DNA of 32,000 nucleotides from Candidatus Iainarchaeum sp. (GTDB lineage Archaea; Iainarchaeota; Iainarchaeia; Iainarchaeales; VGJJ01): NCBI GenBank assembly GCA_030688545.1, contig JAUYHT010000006.1, positions 120,001 to 152,000 of the forward strand, read 5' to 3'. Shown piece by piece: positions 31,701 to 32,000 of this stretch (position 1 is its first letter; each line of letters starts with the position of its first letter). The notes under the pieces were generated by a model. It saw only the letters and a program-made list of their open reading frames with translations, ran no database searches and was not told where the DNA came from. The position numbers and the translations under genes were made by a program.

Positions 31701-32000
31701 GTGGGAAACAGTAAGCAAAAAAGGTCCTTCTTCGTCCAGGGGGAATGATAATGTCCCCTCCTGGGTGGGGGTGGTTTGACTCACAACGACTTTGTTGTCC
31801 GACTTCCTAACGACATTAACCGTGGCATTGGGCAGGTAGGCCAGGGACACTTTGTCCTGCACGCGCACTAATAGCGTGCCCTGGATGGCCCGTCCCATCG
31901 TTAACGTGAGGGGGATAATCTGGTTGACCGGGATAGAAATATTTTCGCTCGTGGAGGTAGCAAATCTTCCTCCCGGATCGCTGCCACTCACGTATACTAA
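25725..32000 (-). CDS. Giant (>2088 aa; N-terminus outside the window) beta-rich, sequon-rich, Cys-containing putative cell-surface protein with a central hydrophobic hairpin
   Basis: The frame stays open to the right window edge (codons upstream of the track's GTG are sense codons). The N-terminal part has at least three carboxypeptidase-regulatory-like/Ig-like modules (e.g. GTLLVRVQD...PNATVNVV...EGTLSF...LLTVSHPDY; GRVTIHVQDEDGFPVDNAQVLLYD...TDANGNAAFTGVQSGSYFARA). A central hydrophobic stretch, VGAAAGAGAITYIIAAKYAASICAPCAAVIVAIAVLYSLF, maps to nt 28260-28378. There are more than 20 N-x-S/T sequons and many Cys residues. Confidence 0.8.
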   Translation of the reverse strand, partial: LVYVSGSDPGGRFATSTSENISIPVNQIIPLTLTMGRAIQGTLLVRVQDKVSLAYLPNATVNVVRKSDNKVVVSQTTPTQEGTLSFPLDEEGPFLLTVSHPDYLSETQDIGLIQMGMPTIVFGMEKLTPQNSGRVTIHVQDEDGFPVDNAQVLLYDAASSFIAHQYPVRTTDANGNAAFTGVQSGSYFARATKYPAGPSDSPIFTSDTRAATQAGITLRLGTGTLEVSVMDLEGQPIPFATVEFLTDGTDECVAGACQVQTDSVGKVSQSFKADRKVFVRVGASGFATYASMSHQLYPGETKNIVVRLPTTILGDTPFIRLKEVRNPLTQTRANELKAGKTYTLVLEWSIPTPLTNLDKAGIHIRVGDEAFLENDVLAILSLNTPNGHVVKGTTYQPSLGFDDDAQNLTFGEAKWANAEWDNPGPGVYEIGVDVRISPQAGALTSLPIYYRGWAIRGSEWLRDPYDSALGTSASIPGKEGQYAETYHQIYFQGKPIVCDDLFCFSGEQLFNENDQLLVEGPPFTTQVNKSYDYSFVITSTSPTLYADPKLRVFIANDGFIPSGEVQLTGYEVVGTDGRVLRSTGLATNDVPGGEGQGLSVGTLEQYQTISGKVELLTKQDKATQIKVQLINEGEIVFEHTAGISIGKSGELRVTVDPSMAAAFIPTTFAITVTDDKGFDVQDAMVTLLKIDPSKHQQIISRQFTDIAGKTSLIGPPSLPRTRLVFDAVKAGLASQPITIIVDENVAFFDPATLSFQMPLTGDAEQFLPLRITNKTQQTLILMDARITGDFQGLLANGEMQNFVQQYANVTVIAPLETKTIQVKAATTPSAASFTGQTLRGSLLLTFATQDTQQRWVQQVPMTIALNVVGACDGEAIQFTGAPATGKIDTTAFDNKNQTQFQISNICLVDGQPYTLQNLKAKIVWTSNPIGNVELSTTDIGGSSQSSETLRSNAFVPLFGSFKPAEDTVYASVMTFTPFPQNIGNTAEFTIIIGAEIGSGNARRTIEKSFDVRVQITNLETCIVLDPEPERGIRIESEEDEARFTINTTNCGDVPVDILFCAGANNSNCSGGAPEGRLYLSQFSITDLKGSREITVERRGGTLPGTYDLTVDARVPGTSYKRVAALEVQVDSDLSYAFELDKGGFSLYQQDAKDATTVLNRLFLEQVRVKASICDWKDVYDGVPWDPKFWVDIHPLFGGKASAKAYQNVGAAAGAGAITYIIAAKYAASICAPCAAVIVAIAVLYSLFEDECDKDQTETLMDYIINLTGGSDQQALPPDAIDIRLSPNVRDHITGEWALDAAGLISKGEDTFQQAGVVFTNVSGYTNPNPLFGTVSLRALEHIHGDFAHAGRASVECRNGNFGNLRIGPSPGQGNCSPAEDRVREEKFHLKFRTQDINQSLPPLQFDSVACVSGNTLGQTGKGTLPRIALTWNWNDTTGIPLYACDAGNDQSIFCDATQFNIDLMKRVNAFQEFLSVNTFSFACPDNPHAQPGDGSFANQDTVPEGFIGFTETGYRFDSVDSITLHGVVQNNTTITQDVGFNGTMTPQDAEGIGSGGINPPTLTCGNNATIPAGTAQRIECSLSGVLPHFYSTRFDLTSTTTANIAFSNNVVGIDVASYSDAALGTCETLPKTTAILGGKPAINRWIDKDDPVFGQHVNANVQFTSRIPDVQTLNELFHFEAYLIRDGYSADFESDFREYYVNTSFADAPSWFTGSQGTFGLAAYYGSDDRLGFSNKYFSDTTLPAPGKYTVDVSVFFGEDWTLFDANGSPNASVGVDFYHLENPSPNSPFYKLPFDGGVGLQNTRYDRVGYGLEFINQGTPPIRVNDGLEQTHSGEGSTALAKLTVERNDDIRQMNSLPSTRGSVLEVVAPGGNTAQRLVFTPSLATPLMMKINHAASTEPFSIFYQLSKEGAPVQTGNNLTFWEGAGNCYDYTGVPVWERFNFTPDRVATPEDRVTAFPFTYGLDWENARVGGNEFLRTIFYTPTQADYAMQATQGNVQFITSNHATPSNAVSLDGITTLPYNNASTTIDSLQDVFDLVADQTICLADSGVKAQFFWNPEKLYKQTAQTSISALTNNLVAGQTCVGAPTQ

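Noticed and set aside
1-32000. Search for tRNA genes, transposases, integrases, toxin-antitoxin pairs or defence genes
   Set aside because: I saw no T-loop (GGTTCRAAT) or cloverleaf candidates outside coding regions. No DDE/tyrosine-recombinase-like or nuclease-like ORFs were recognised by eye. Absence is provisional without tRNAscan-SE or HMM searches.

Overview
Gene-dense archaeal chromosomal segment. The archaeal hallmarks are TBP, L21e, Rpo4/F, SecE/Sec61-gamma, Spt5, stalk proteins P0/P1, AglB/STT3, an archaeal-type GluRS and a stand-alone 5S rRNA. All calls were made by eye from the translations and the DNA. No homology search, folding or statistics were run.

Layout:
- (1) 1-6241: an N-glycosylation island. 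It holds a partial SDR epimerase, an Alg13-like+GT2 fusion, an Alg14-like gene, an AglH/Alg7-type GlcNAc-1-P transferase, a divergent SAM methyltransferase, and AglB.
- (2) 6.5-10 kb: orphan 5S rRNA, TBP, and the conserved rpl21e-rpoF-DUF655-ksgA cluster.
- (3) 10-17.7 kb: a Cys-repeat membrane protein, then ftsZ-secE-spt5-rpl11-rpl1-P0-P1. This cluster is interrupted by a GT2 glycosyltransferase and by an opposite-strand nnrD.
- (4) 17.7-32 kb: an extracytoplasmic Lon-like (S16) protease without an ATPase domain, thrC, two basic hypothetical ORFs and gltX. These are followed by a co-directional string of TrmB regulator, two paralogous small membrane proteins and a giant (>2088 aa, truncated by the window) sequon-rich surface protein with a central hydrophobic hairpin.

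I recognised no CRISPR array, tRNA, transposase or integrase.

Most notable non-genic signal: a family of four ~50-60 nt structured repeats, each a G/C-clamped 8-bp hairpin followed by TCGGRGCG..CGATCGAAA. Two tandem copies sit 13-15 nt upstream of the putative TATA boxes of aglB (minus strand) and of ftsZ (plus strand). One 51-nt stretch is 40/51 identical between the two loci.

Lineage guess (inference only): an uncultivated, possibly DPANN-like, small-genome archaeon.
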